The translations under genes and the position numbers were made by a program. Below the pieces are notes generated by a model, which was not told the DNA's origin, searched no databases, and worked only from the letters and a program-made list of their open reading frames with translations. A DNA stretch of 58,623 bases, the filler included, from Dirinaria sp. TL-2023a (lineage: Eukaryota), in the NCBI GenBank assembly GCA_051941275.1. It is 5 parts of 5 records of this genome, joined end to end, with 100 filler letters (N's around TTAATTAATTAA, not from the genome) between each part and the next. Parts side by side here need not be neighbours in the genome. Positions count along the whole stretch, not along the records: positions 1 to 11,679 come from JAVEBF010000827.1; positions 11,780 to 23,445 come from JAVEBF010000828.1; 3 more parts are not named here. One strand, written 5' to 3'. How positions within the stretch are numbered: position 1 is the first letter of the stretch; each line of letters starts with the position of its first letter. Below, one piece after another: positions 1-12,801 of this stretch.

Positions 1-638
1 GACAGTGTGTATGGGTGAGCATATAATGCCCCATCGGCACCACCTTTGACTTCCACAATTGCTTCATCGCCTGCTGATTATCGCACTCGATATCGCACTG
101 CGGAAGCGCTTTCCCACCCACCCACTCCAGGTATCGGCCGCCTTCACAATACTAGTATCGCCTCATTCTTTCACCTGGTTTGATGCAATGCCAGAGACGA
201 CCTGGCGTAGCCAAAATTATGCCCATCAATGGGGTGATGGATGATGTAGGTACCAAAGCAATGTTTCGAAGAGATCTAATTACATACTTGCATGCTGGCG
301 ACCAAAGCCCAGTAATTTGAACTTTTCACTGTACAAGACAATCAAAACACCGCTGAACCGTCCATATCATGGAATACAAGGGTGGAACCGGAAAGCGTTC
401 CAACATAAGAAAGCTGTGCCGAGCATCCATATGCAAAACAATAAACAACATGTCCTTTGGACTCCTACAGTCCAAGCATTGTCCGCGGTGTCAAGTCTTC
501 CCAAAAAAACCCCCTCATGCAACTCCGAAGATGCAGTTACCGGCGCCGATGATCAACTAGCCCATTATTCCCCCCTCGCACATCTTTTGTTCTGCATTCG
601 ATTATCCCATGCCCGTCCCACCACATCCACCTCATATC

Positions 639-1298
639 CTAGCGGACTGGGCCGACAGGGCCAATCCACGGAATCGGGTCCACGTGAACCGAAGGGACAG
701 CCGGTACATCGATGCTGAGCCAATCACTGGTTGTAGCCGGCGACGGCGCCGACACCGGGGTCGGAACAACCTTGTTGGTCTTACTGATGACGCAGTCTGG
801 CGGCATGGTGTAGACGCCAGTCAGGGTGCCTGAAGTCGTGATTTCTCCGATGCTGACTGACACGGCGGGAACCGAGACTGCAGGAACAGAGACGGCTGGT
901 ACCGACACGGTAGGCTTCGGATGCTTCCCATCGAAGGGCCACACTCGTTTGTGGACGACACCGTCGGTGTAAGTAGCGCTGAAAGGTCCCCAGCCAACGG
1001 TGTGGACGGTCGAGGTTGGGACGGGAATGTCAGAGAGGGTCATGACCCAGCCTGGCCCGTACGTCACAGTCCGGGTGTACACGCTGCCGCTGTACGTTGT
1101 TGCTCGGTGAGTGGGCACCGGAGGTGGTGACGCGAGCGGTGTGACGATTGGGCTGAATGTGGGATGACAAGCAGGCGCCGTGGGTACGACGAGGGCGCTT
1201 GATGGTACAGCTGCCGGATTTGGTTCTGCGACTGGGGCAGCGGACACAAGAGATGCCAGACCCGCGGCCCAAAGGCTATAGACCAAGAGAGGAGACAT
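639..1298 (-). CDS. Small secreted Pro/Thr/Val/Ser-rich protein (219 aa), intronless
   Basis: ATG at 1298. Signal-peptide-like MSPLLVYSLWAAGLASLVSA, then APVAEPNPAAVP, an internal KR, three VSVPA repeats; TAG at 639-641. Confidence 0.75.
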   Translation of the reverse strand: MSPLLVYSLWAAGLASLVSAAPVAEPNPAAVPSSALVVPTAPACHPTFSPIVTPLASPPPVPTHRATTYSGSVYTRTVTYGPGWVMTLSDIPVPTSTVHTVGWGPFSATYTDGVVHKRVWPFDGKHPKPTVSVPAVSVPAVSVPAVSVSIGEITTSGTLTGVYTMPPDCVISKTNKVVPTPVSAPSPATTSDWLSIDVPAVPSVHVDPIPWIGPVGPVR

Positions 1299-3307
1299 GT
1301 TCCTATGGTGCAAATACTACCTTGTTGCGACTTGACGAGTGGTATTGGGAACAAGGGAGACCGCAATGGTACGAGTCAATAGCGAGCGACCTGCGGGGAA
1401 AGAAAATTGCACCTCAAACTGAATCTGAAGACGACCAAAGAGAGCTCATGCAATACTTATACATCTAAGCGCCTACATAGTGAATTGCAGGATGGGTTGA
1501 ATGGGTGAGGCCTGTCCGCAGGCGAAGGGTGCTCAGCAACAATCCTTACAGCACTTTCTAGTCGTACAATCTTGAAACCGAGGTAGATGCCCACAACAAT
1601 GGCTACAAATGTAGCAATGTAAGCTTGCCCTACCCTTGCTCTTCTGGATTTCTACGGCGATCCTTTTCGGACAAGCCACACCCAAAATACTCGAGCACGC
1701 AAGCTACAGTCTGCTGCTGCCGAGGCTGCCCCAGAAAATTAAACCTGAGGCTCTTCTACTGCTGCTGATGCAGGATTCTGACCTGCGAGTGCTTGACCCC
1801 ATCCGAGGCTTGTAGCTTATATCGTCTGTTACAGCGGATTTTTAGCCCCTGCCATCTCTCTAACAATCTCGGAATAGAGGCTGAGTCAATGTCAGGATCG
1901 GTCGTGCTCAAAGGTTCAAAAGTCCCGTCTAGTTAACAAGCAAGAGGCGCCGGAAACTCTGCTGTGAGCGTTGCACATGCCACGCAACAGCTCCCAGACA
2001 GTGGCATAATATCATCAGTCCAGAAGGAAAGGAAGGAAGCAAGAAATGGTGATTCTGCGAGACGGCAAGTTATGGCAAAGGTTTGAGGGGAAGCAGCAGA
2101 AAGGTATGCACAGCGTACACAACAGCACATTGCCCTGCCTTACAGGACAGTAGTAGTGAAATAAGGTAAGATCCCTTAGGTAAGGTATGATTGGGCAAGG
2201 TACCAGCCGAGGCACACCTGAAACTTGGGCCTCGCAGTCTCTGGTGCTGAGGCTGAACAAAGCTCCAGCGATCGCCAGTAGTGCCAGGGGGGCGCCCGGC
2301 TTGCTCAATTGCTCTTCCAGCTAGCGCTATTCTTATCTGAAGGTACCAACATAGCGTTCTACAGTACAAGCCTCGTCACTGCGAATTATATTATAATTAG
2401 CCTGTTACTTCAGCTTTCAATAAATTGCATCGCATCCACGTCTTGCTCCTTACAACGACCTGACGAGGAGAAATGATGAAGGTCTATTCGACCATCTACG
2501 TCAGTGCTCTACTCATCGATATTCAGTAGTAGCATAGTCAAGCACTGATCTCGACTTAAGTCCGGGCGATCGCAATCGTACTTATGGTGGCTGCTGGTTG
2601 GATTGTTTTCGTACAGAGCCAGATCAAGCTACCGGATCTATAGGTAAGTTGGACCGCGAGAAGGTTGAATTGACCATGCCAATATGCTCATAAAGTTCTA
2701 TAGCAGCGCGGCTCCGCAAGCTACTCACAACTCCGTCTAAAGACGTTCCATCAAAAATGTCCGAGTACTTTACCCTTCGATATGGCGCGACGGAAAATCA
2801 AGACAATGCTTGCCCCTTTCTTCAACGGGAGCCGTACACTTACTTGATTCTTACTTCATTTAATCTGTCGAGGTAGAAGTCGCATCAGCAGGACTTGTTC
2901 CAACGTTGCTTGGATCAACCTCTCGAGCCGTTTCTCAGAGTAGTCCCGTCTCTGCTCTCTTGGAATGAGAGGTTCGTTGTTTGAGTAGTTTGCTTTGAGA
3001 TCTTTATGACAAATGTGAAACGACAGTCCTTTGAATTTTCCCGTCGTTGACCTGAACCCCCGGGCGTGTTGATTAATCGCCCTTCATCGTTCAATTATCG
3101 CTGTTTGTGGAGAAACAGCTAGAGATATCACACGATGCCAGCCACGAGGCGACTCCGAGGAATTTGAGCATAATTGCAACGAAACGGTTGGATCAACAAA
3201 GGCCCGTCGTAGTCGCCACTACGCCTAATAATCGTGGTCGACTGCCTTTTTTGTTCTTTCCGGGACAAGTCAAACTGTGTCGTCGAATGAGAAAAAGTCT
3301 ATTCTCA

Positions 3308-5360
3308 TCACTTCAGAGGCGAATTCTCTTTTGGAAATCCAACGCGTCGATTACTCGGCATGGGGGTTCGAACCCAAGAAGTTCGTGGACTGGGATAAAC
3401 TGGAGTCGGCGGGAGGGTCCGATTAAGATCGACCATTTTTCCTCGAAATGGAGCACAGCTAACCCTGCAATACTTGCTGATAGGGGGAGAAACATTGCCG
3501 TTACTCATCCGGTTGTCACGAGCCTTCTTGATGTTTATGTAAGCATTGTATTTGCGATTGTGACTCTTTTTGCCGCGTCGCGGGGTCCAAGGCTTACGAG
3601 GGCGAGACATTATTTCGTGGGTTACAGGTTGATCGGGTAGCTCCACGACTTCAATGTTCGTTAACTCAGCCCTCTTATCTTTAGAGTCGCAGCCATACCA
3701 GGACCTTGGTTGAGTAAATGCTGTACCATCAAGCTCCTGTTTCTCGAACACATAATGTATCTGCGATTTCTCCACGCTCGGGCCCCTTCCTTTATTCGTC
3801 TGTGATCGCAATCTCCGTAAAAGCAAGCCGAGCCCAATCAAAATGAGCACAACGGCTGCTATAGTCCCTGCTATTGTTCCGGCTAAGGCTGTCTGAGACA
3901 GCCCATGATGCGAGAAGTGCGTTTGTGTAGGCGCAGGAGCGATAGGTGGGTTTATTGGGGGGCTACTGGTCGGTGTAGCGGCAGCAATAGGAATTAAGGA
4001 CGCTTGGGTGGCATTGCTGTGCCTGGCTTGGGAAACAGAAAAGTTTGAATGCTCGTAGTTCGTTATTAGATACCTGATGACTGTTATTCATACCACTGCT
4101 CTCTCACATTAGTAGATTACTTACGCATCTTGCAAGAAAGTACGACCAAGGGCGTACTGCGAATCGTTCTGAGCAGGTCGGAGGGGGAAGTACTGCACGG
4201 TGTCGGCTTCAAAATAAAATGGGAAGGCGGCTGTGAGATTGAAACTTGAGTATGGCATGACGATATCAACCGTCGGTCCCCCAGAGTTGGAGTCTCCAAT
4301 GGTCAACGTTACGTTTGGGTTGACCGCTGTCATGTTACTATGTGTTTGGGAATCAATCAGGTACAGTCGCGAATAGTTGTCCCACTTCAGATTGAACGTG
4401 TTCGCGAACGCATCGCAGACCTCTGGAGGAAGGTATAAAAACGGTATAGTGGAATCGATAAAGGCCAGCGTTGGGGTTGATAGCAAGGGGATAATCGATC
4501 CATTTGAACTGGTAGTGCTGATGGCGTTCAAGCCCACAACCAAATCGCGCGATGAATCTGGAGCGAGCGAGAAGGATACGTCATTGGGCTCGAATTGTGA
4601 CGCATCGTATCCTCCAAATGTCAAGCTTCCGAAAGAATTGCCTTTTGCACAAAATTCTATCAGCCTCCGAGTAGGAACATTTCCCGAAAAGTATCTAGCT
4701 TACGGTAATGTGCACCTGCAGTATAGCTCCACGAAAGACTCGGTATCAGATTTTGTGTTTTCAAACTCGCTAAGAAGCTCGGATGCGAATGATTATTGAG
4801 TGTAGTGAAGTTAGTCGGCTGGTTACTTAGGCCGAAAAACCCAGTATAGAACATGTTTGAACTGATGGCAGCCACCACCTGTGCTTCCAGGGTCGCATAT
4901 TTGGTCGTGTTTGATGCACCCAAAGAAACAGTGTCGAGCCCGAAGTGGCCAGTAACATCATCGTAATTGGAGTCGAGGTTCGTTTCGAGGACCAGCCCGT
5001 AGTTACCTTCTTCGTGCCAGGTACTGGAGCCGTTGACATTCACGATGCCGCCACGTTTCAAGGTACAATTATCCGCTGTATAATCACTTGGCTCGCAACC
5101 GATGGGAGCGACAACCCACGTCTGGGTGCTGGCAGAGGAGGGGAGGACATAGGAAAGCGTGGGTGGGGTACCGGTTCGCAGAGCGAAGGAAGACCAGAGG
5201 CCATTGTCACCGATCCTGAAGCGTTGAAAATGTCAGCATCAAGAGGTACAAGCTCTCAGTCAGCTATTCACCGGATCGGAGTAAAGGTGAAAGGGAAGTC
5301 AAGACGTAAGACGTACCACTGCCCCGAAGGTTGCCAGGAAATCGGAGCAGCCAAAGACAT
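3308..5360 (-). CDS. Pepsin-family (A1) aspartic-peptidase-like protein with C-terminal TM helix and cytosolic tail; 4 exons (5360-5317, 5215-4704, 4641-4125, 4073-3308)
   Basis: Spliced translation gives WIGDNGLWSSFALRTGTP...GHFGLDTVSLG...SLSWSYTAGAHY...SLTFGGYD...FIDSTIPFLYLP...ALGRTFLQDAYLITNYE, then TM GTIAGTIAAVVLILIGLGLLL-RR. GT..AG introns keep the frame. Start codon uncertain (no signal peptide seen). Confidence 0.85.
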
Positions 5361-6432
5361 CTTCGGCTTCCCGGCAGAACAATTAATCCAGCCGGTCCTC
5401 AAAGTACCCACAAGCGCGGTATATGCAGGTACTCGGACTAGTCGCGCGCTTACACTCGTACCTGGAAGTACTCACTATCACCACAGTCGACCTTCGACGG
5501 AGGCCATGGAAGGAGGGAACGCAGAGCTCCCTATACATATGCTGGGAAATTATCAGTGTGTCGCCTTCTCACATCTCCATTCGCCTTCGAGAGAAACCTC
5601 CATTGACTTCTACGAGCGCAATTTCCCAATGTTCCGATATTCATGTTTCATCATCAAATCCCCCTGCACACGCCGCGAGGCACAGTACTCTCAAAACGAG
5701 GCTGTACAAATGCCCAACAACCTGCAGCCGTTTCCTTTTATTCCGAGAGGTACGGCTCAGGAACCGTTCGTGTTTCTTCATGTTCTCGACGGGGCCTCCG
5801 TCCAACCAGGCGTCCCTCTTGGCTATCACCAAGGGAGCTGATTCGCTCAATGCTATCATATGCGGCCCCCAGAGTGTCTACAATATCTCTTCGCGCTCTA
5901 AATCTTCTTATACGGCAGCGTGAGCTTCGGTAGTGACAGGTGCAAACCCTGTTTCTGGCCCCGAATTGCCGGTTCTAGCTCCACTAACCAACGCATGACC
6001 TCCGGCGATATCAAGCCCCTGGATCATCTTAACCTCTTTTCAGAGCGCTTTTAATAACCACGGTATTACTATCTATCGTATCAAAATGCCTGCCTCATCT
6101 CCCGAGATTGAGGGGCATGAGGCATCCGGCTGTACCGCATGCGTAATTCTCCTGGTACTATATAGCTAGTGGATTGTCTTCCTATGGCATGACAGGAGCT
6201 TTCATTCTCAATCACTGCCATTCTCTCTACGTGTAAGTCTGCGCCGGCCTTGTTGGCTGCGCAGAAGCCGTCCCATTTTCGTGCAGCGTGCCACGATGTC
6301 ATTCCTTCCTGCCTCACTCAGAGTCGCTCTCTTTTTTGTCTTTTACGCTTGCAGAAGTACCTTCCGCTCCTCTAGAACTACAGAGTTAAAATACTGATAC
6401 GCATTGAAGCATCCCAAGCCCCTGAGATCATC

Positions 6433-7293
6433 ATGAGCGATGGAGCCGCCGTGGCTACGACGACTGTATTAGGAGGAGTAACCAGTGCAAGTGATGGGGT
6501 CGTCGTCCCGATCGCTCCGTTGTCAGGCGGGCTTGTAATGGAGACGACAGAATACCCGGCCGCAAGCTCTGCTCCTGTGACTGCTCCTCCTGTAACTGCC
6601 GCCCCTCCTGGTGCTTCCGCAGCTGCCCTCGCGCCGGGCAATCCGAATCCGGACTGCCAGCGATGCTCAATCTACTTCGAGTACGTCAACGTTTATTACT
6701 GGCCCACCGAGAACACGAACAATACTGCCTGTCTCTCCGGAGTCACAGATCAGCCCGCCACTGCTCTTCCCTCTGGTCTTACTCCGTAAGTCTCGAGGCA
6801 CGTATCCAGATGAAAACTAGGTGCTAAGTAATGGTCAAGCGTGTCTCCGAGTGCCTACCTTGTCTTCCCCACCATCAGTGCCGGCAATGCGTGCACTCGC
6901 GTCGGCAATATATATTACTCGCAAACCATGTCATTCGCTCCGGGCGCGCTTTCCACGGTGGTTGGCACGTCTGGAGTCGTCCAACCTTTCAATTTCGCAG
7001 ATCTACCCTGCCCACCGCCAGCCGTGGCATCAGCCGACAGTTGGTTCTACAACCCCACATACAACCCAGGTCGTGCCTATTCTCCGATGGTTGCTCCACC
7101 TCAGGAGATCTTCGACCTAGATCCGGCCTTTCAAGATTGCGTTGCAGCCGTATATCAGGGGTTTGACCCGCCGCATCCTCTTCCACCATCGCACGGCCTT
7201 TATGGACCTGGTGGTGGGAATCGAAGGAAGAGAAGCGGCCCTGCTCACTTGGTCCCAAAAGGCCCTGTGCAGACACCGGCACCACGCTTGTAA
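6433..7293 (+). CDS. Uncharacterised Cys-containing fungal protein; 2 exons (6433-6785, 6840-7293)
   Basis: Two ORFs joined in frame by a 54-nt GTAAGT..GCTAAG..AAG intron. Motifs CQRCSIYFEYVNVYYWP, SPSAYLVF, FNFADLPCPPP, DLDPAFQDC, GFDPP resemble a recurrent uncharacterised ascomycete domain (recalled, not searched). Confidence 0.75.
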
Positions 7294-9500
7294 GATATTC
7301 AAGAACAAAGGCGTACGTGGCTTGCAATTTTCACAGTTCTTCGCTAGGGTTGGGACGTACTCGTTCAATGATTGAGGTTTACGATAGGGTCTCTATGCGC
7401 AATATGTACTTTCCATGTTCATGATTTCGACGAACCTTGTCAGGCTTGTCTTCTTTGGGAAGAACCTCCTACGAACTAGCTCAGTGTATGTTTGAAGGTC
7501 GATTGTGTAGCTGTTTTCAAATCAGAGACTCGTGCCAGAATCTGAACGAATCTAACGATATTAACCCTACTGCTTCACTATAAACATAAATCCACCTTTG
7601 TCTAGGCTCTATCCCGTACGATCAGCAAGCAAGACGCTCACGACAACTTTTGATGGTACTTCATCGCTTCTCGCTAGATCATCAACTCGGATGGTTCACG
7701 AAGAATCGTCGATTAGTGTGCCAAGCAATATCCGGCACGATGTAAGACAAGGGGTTGTTGGTTCTCCACCTCACAAATAAATTGGATGTTGGCATTTCAA
7801 ATCCGCATCAGCAGGTGACTTCGAGCAGTCACAATTGCCGTATCGTAGCCGGCCAACTCCCAGAAGGCAGCCATGGGCACAGGGAAAGCCGACCCCTCTT
7901 CCTTTCATAGCAGATGATAGGGTGTATTCTGCAAAAGAGAAGCCGTATGCAGATTGAAAATGCAAATTTCCAAATCTTCAAGACTTCCTGGCATTTTCAT
8001 AACCGAAGCAACCATCAAGTGGACAGATAACAAGAGCAGTCTCCCCAAAACCTCAATCAATTCTACATATCCATCACCCCGCAAATTTCGCATTGATCAT
8101 CCCCAAAATTCCTCCGATAAGAAAAAAACATCGTGAAACCCGCGCCTTGCGGCGTTGTACACGCTAGGAAAATACTCGTACCACCATTATTCATGACAAG
8201 AAAGCTGTGCTTTATCAAGCATTGCACCGCACGATCCCAATTGGGGATTTACATGCGATTCATCTCCGGGGTGGGCGATCTGGCCTTTTGAGTAGCGAGG
8301 ATTTGGCGAGTTGGGGGTGAGGTCGTTTTTGGGGGTCGCGGAGGGGAGATAGGGATTGTTTCTGGGTTTTGAATCTCACGTTTTGGGGGTTTGGCTTTTA
8401 GAGCGGTGATAAGGAGGTTTTGAGTTCTGGATGTATTAGAGGGTGGAAGAAGAGGAGATACTCTCTCTATGTAAGGAATGCACATCAATAGAGACCAAAG
8501 GCCCCGATACTACAGTTTTTGGCAATAACGGCGCTGTAACGAGAAGGGTTACGCTTCGATAAATCAATCATGGGGTTTAAAGTGAGAGTAGATAAAGATA
8601 CCTAGACTTTGCTTGAATATGGCCAGCGGAGGCTTTAGCCCAGTATATTCAGACCGATATATCTCGATCTTATACATGACGAACCCGAAAGACAAGTGCA
8701 AAAAGACATATTCACAATCCAAATTGCACGTCTGCCCCCGGGGCAAATTGTCAGGCATGATATGGGAATGCGGTGATAGGATGCATTGGGAATTCCTCTC
8801 TAACGTCTTAATATGCTTACGTGTATTTAGGGGCCAAATCCCCCTCGCAATTTCGTTCCTCGTGTCATCAGTATTGGTCTTTCTGGCCTTGGGTAGAGAC
8901 CAAAGTCGTCGCATGTCCTTTTTTTTTTTTGTCTTTTTCTCCACAATACATCAAGTACCTCATCCTCGATGGTGCGCACTCTAGATAATCTGGCCTCGCT
9001 GAGGGGATGATAATGATTAGTCAGCCGCAGCAGGGTCTTGGCGGCAGCGGAAGTGGCTGGAGCCGATTTTCCACTTCCTCCACCCCCCGTCGACCTTTCA
9101 ACATCTCCGTGTACATTACGAGGTCTACCACTGCGATCATGGGAAACAATTGGAGATTGTGGTCCTTCTAAACGGTCTCAGGGTTTCCTATTTACCCTCA
9201 CTGCGACGAATATTAACCAGGGAAGGTGGCTGTAGCGCCATGATCTCTAAGACTCCAACACCTACACAAAACCCGATTGAAACAGAGCCTTGGTACAAGC
9301 ACGACATTTTTTTGATCTCAATATACGCAATTTTTTCAATTAATAGGCTACCTTCTAAAATAACAGAAAGGCTGCTCACAATCCACCGAGGTACAAGCCA
9401 TCCTTTGACGATCCGATATCATGATACCTCGTCCGCGCATTAAAATAACAGGCTGTAAAAAGCAAGTCTAAGAGCTCCATTGCTTCCGAAACAGCTTGTA

Positions 9501-10130
9501 TCATACATACAGCCATCTACTTGCTTGTAACAGCTGCGCGAACTGGAGCCAAGCCGCCGTTACAGCGACGCCTAAGTCCACCTTCCCTACAGAGAGTCCC
9601 GCCACACACCCCACAAGAAGTCCCATCATTGCTATGGCACAAATCTCGAGTCCTTTTTGGAGCTTCTCGTATGGCGCGCGGAAAACAATGACCTTTGAGC
9701 CAACAATTACTGATCTGGAAGGTAAGAGACTGATGGTGTAGTCTTCTCTTTTGTGAGGATCTGAAGACAACGAGGGTAAAACCGAGGGTCGATTAAAGGT
9801 CGCGATGAGAAATGGAGACCTTGAATAATGACGAGTAATGACTTCGATCCGTTGTGGTTTCGGCAGGACCGCTTCCACTGTGGCCACGCCAACCTCAATG
9901 ACTGACAGATACAGAAGAACTCGCAGCCTCCACTTCTCCGAGGCGTGATCACAGAGACAAGTTCGGATCTCATTTGCGGCATCAAGAGTAAGGACCGCAG
10001 TCCTCGGTTTCATGTTGATTAGGTTGATGGTATTGTCAGAATTGCGGATTGCCAAAGTCCAGATCTGTGCTCCTATCTCTGCTGGGCCGACGGGCTCGGA
10101 TTGATGCCACTGACATTCAATGTTGTTCAT
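9501..10130 (-). CDS. Hypothetical protein with C-terminal hydrophobic hairpin
   Basis: Open frame of about 209 codons from ATG 10130 ending ICAIAMMGLLVGCVAGLSVGKVDLGVAVTAAWLQFAQLLQASRWLYV (two TM-like segments). No family recognised. Confidence 0.4.
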   Translation of the reverse strand: MNNIECQWHQSEPVGPAEIGAQIWTLAIRNSDNTINLINMKPRTAVLTLDAANEIRTCLCDHASEKWRLRVLLYLSVIEVGVATVEAVLPKPQRIEVITRHYSRSPFLIATFNRPSVLPSLSSDPHKREDYTISLLPSRSVIVGSKVIVFRAPYEKLQKGLEICAIAMMGLLVGCVAGLSVGKVDLGVAVTAAWLQFAQLLQASRWLYV

Positions 10131-11679
10131 TGGGCTTAGTGGCCTATGGATCACTTGAAATCGTTAGGCTAGGACCAGGGGGGGTGAAGGGAAAACAAGA
10201 AGGCGTGCAGGGGTACTCTCCGCCGTTATTGCTTCGATATAGAAGTCGGAGAACAAAGTCGGGAGTTAAGCATGTGATTTGTTTCGTTAGGCCAACCTGA
10301 AGATTGCGATTCCGAAGAGTTCAAGCCTGGCAACGAAGTGTATTATATATCACTCTACTGCGAACCGCAGTCTTCGGAGAATCATTGCAAGCTACCTATC
10401 ATCGCAGGGAGCCAATTGCACACAAGCGAGGCAGAACGGTCGCGCACACCGTCAGAACTAAACTGATTTTGCACTAGTTGGCACTAGGCGAGTTGCAGCG
10501 AAAGAATGCCGCACTGCATGAAACCGTAAGACACTGCATGAGACTACGAAAATCTGCGATTCTGCCGCATTATATTTCTGCGCTGCGCTTTTCAAATTCC
10601 GCTTCAACGTTACAGACAATTTATTCCTAGTTCTTCTTCAGTAAGCTAGCCCTTGCGATATTTCCTCATCGGAATCTATCTATCTTTGAATTATCGAGAA
10701 CCTCCAAAGCGCAAATCCTCCAATTCTACTCTCTCAACTAAAACCTCTCTCCTCTTTCCTCTCAAAAAATAAAAGTAAAATTAAAAAAAAATCAGTAACA
10801 CATCCTCCACTCCCCCTATACACCAGTAAAAAATAGGTTCCCTTTTTCATAGTATAGTACATAAGAGACAGAACCCCGGCACAGGCGAACTTCCCAAAAA
10901 AAAAAAAAAAAAAAAAAAAAAACAAAAAGAATAGATATCAAAACCAGCACGAACATGACTATTCTCTTTCGTGTATTTAGAAATCCGTTTCTCGACTTGG
11001 AAATTTGAAGGTTTGTGATGTAGAATATGCAAAGTATCGAGTATCCTGTGTAAAAACTCATCAGAAAATCCTGAGCGTCGCATTTCTTGCTCTCCCCTGA
11101 TATCTCATACATACTTGACTATTGAGCAACCCAAAATCTACCGCATACCATACTGAAAGAATTTCTCCCCTCTTTTTTAGTCTTCTAGATCTTGAGCTAT
11201 CCCCCCTTCGCTGAAGGTGTTTCATACAGCATTTTAATCGCTCCTTCAGATATCTTAGTAATTTGATAGTTGCTGATCCCAATCGTTTCTTCGGTAAATG
11301 CCACTATTTGGGAGAGTGAAAAGCGTACTACTTAGCTCCCACCTTTTTCTTTCCCTAAGTCAACTCTCATCTTTATAGAGAGGAATGCAAAAGAAAAATC
11401 CCAACTCCAACTCCAGACCATAGCCCTTCATTTGCATACCATACCATAAATCCCATCTTCCTTTCTCGAATCTAATCTAACCCAAAACTCCAACAGTCGA
11501 AAATTAACTCAAAACCCGCGTCTTACGGAAAGAAAAAAAAGGTATAGAGTGTCGAAATAATGAGCCAATGCGAGCGAGTATGTAAGAATCTGGGGGGTTT
11601 GGGGGGTTTTGGGGAAGGTGGCTGAAGTGTTGATAAAGATAGATAGGTAGTGCTATGTAAACGTGGTACAGGCTTAAGG

Positions 11680-11779
11680 NNNNNNNNNNNNNNNNNNNNN
11701 NNNNNNNNNNNNNNNNNNNNNNNTTAATTAATTAANNNNNNNNNNNNNNNNNNNNNNNNNNNNNNNNNNNNNNNNNNNN
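11680..11779. other. Artificial contig linker N44-TTAATTAATTAA-N44
   Basis: Palindromic 12-mer with stops in all six frames, flanked by 44 N each side; identical in all four occurrences. Confidence 0.98.
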
Positions 11780-12801
11780 CACCCAAAGCAGAATTTTCTT
11801 TCTCACCTCCTACCAAGTCTAACTCTCTAAAGAAGGAAAGGAAGAAGAAAAAAAAAAAAGAAAAAGAAAAAAAGGAGGCGCTTTCTTCGCAACGCCCCTC
11901 CGATTTATGACCATTATATATATACCCCCAAATCCAAAAGAGAGTAGAGCCTCAGCCTTTTCAACTCTCCCAGAAAAGAAACAAAAGCTTTCTACGATCA
12001 CGATCATGGAAAGATACAAGTCCCCATGGCTGCAGCGTATAGATGTAGATTCCGAATGGAGTTTTAGATATAGGGTGTGGGAGGTAGATAAGTGTTGGTA
12101 TGGTGTTTGTCGATGTGTGTACGGGGGGACATCATCGAGGTTTTTCATACGGCTTGGGGTGCGGTTGGAGGATGAATGAGTAAAGTAGCTGTCCAGAGTT
12201 CATGAGGGTTAATTTTTCAGTTTTTTTTCTCTTCTGTTCTTTTAATTTTATTTTATTTCTTTACCTTTTTCTTTTCTTTTTCTTTTCTACACAATTTACA
12301 GTTCATTCAATCAATAATCCGCTGGCAGGCGCTTAACTTGCGCAACTACCTTACCTTATCAATAGATTAGACGATTAGCTACCTAAGGTAAGGTAAGCTC
12401 CGACGGCTCGGTTCTAGATGATAACAAGCCGTTGCCCTTAGAAGAAAGGTACCTATGACTCGGCACAGTACAGGGCACTCTGTGGACTTTAATTGGTCGG
12501 TCGACCGCAGATGCTCGGTGTCCCCTAGCCTGGTTTACCTTATGGGACGCTGCCGCAATATGTACGATTGTGTCATGCGCATGCAGGACCGGATCATTAC
12601 TTCAGGATTTAAAGTTTTTTCTTCGATGGATACTTAGCTAGCTAGAGAGGATAGAGTGGTATCTTCCTACTCCTTCTTCAATAGAGGAAATCAAAAATCA
12701 AGAAAGTCGATGATGGCGAGTCCACCTATCTCTACGATATTTCTATCCTAAAAAGCACGTTTTCCATCTCTCAAATCTTTTACTCACGAAAAGTAATCAA
12801 G

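Noticed and set aside
2015..2308. Cys-rich ORF with signal-like N-terminus
   Set aside because: TTG start, no supporting splice structure or motif; likely a chance ORF.
5131..5150. Suspected frameshift in exon 2 of the peptidase-like gene
   Set aside because: Re-reading gives GTC CTC CCC TCC TCT GCC; the frame is intact.
4945..5841. 298-aa plus-strand ORF
   Set aside because: GTG start, partly antisense to the peptidase-like gene, no recognisable motifs.
11724..11735. TTAATTAATTAA palindrome repeated four times at about 11.7-kb spacing, as a possible biological repeat or array
   Set aside because: Always centred in exactly 44+44 N; a six-frame-stop concatenation linker.
11907..12179. 90-aa ORF near the start of contig 2
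   Set aside because: Low-complexity AT-rich context and no recognisable family; cannot be supported.
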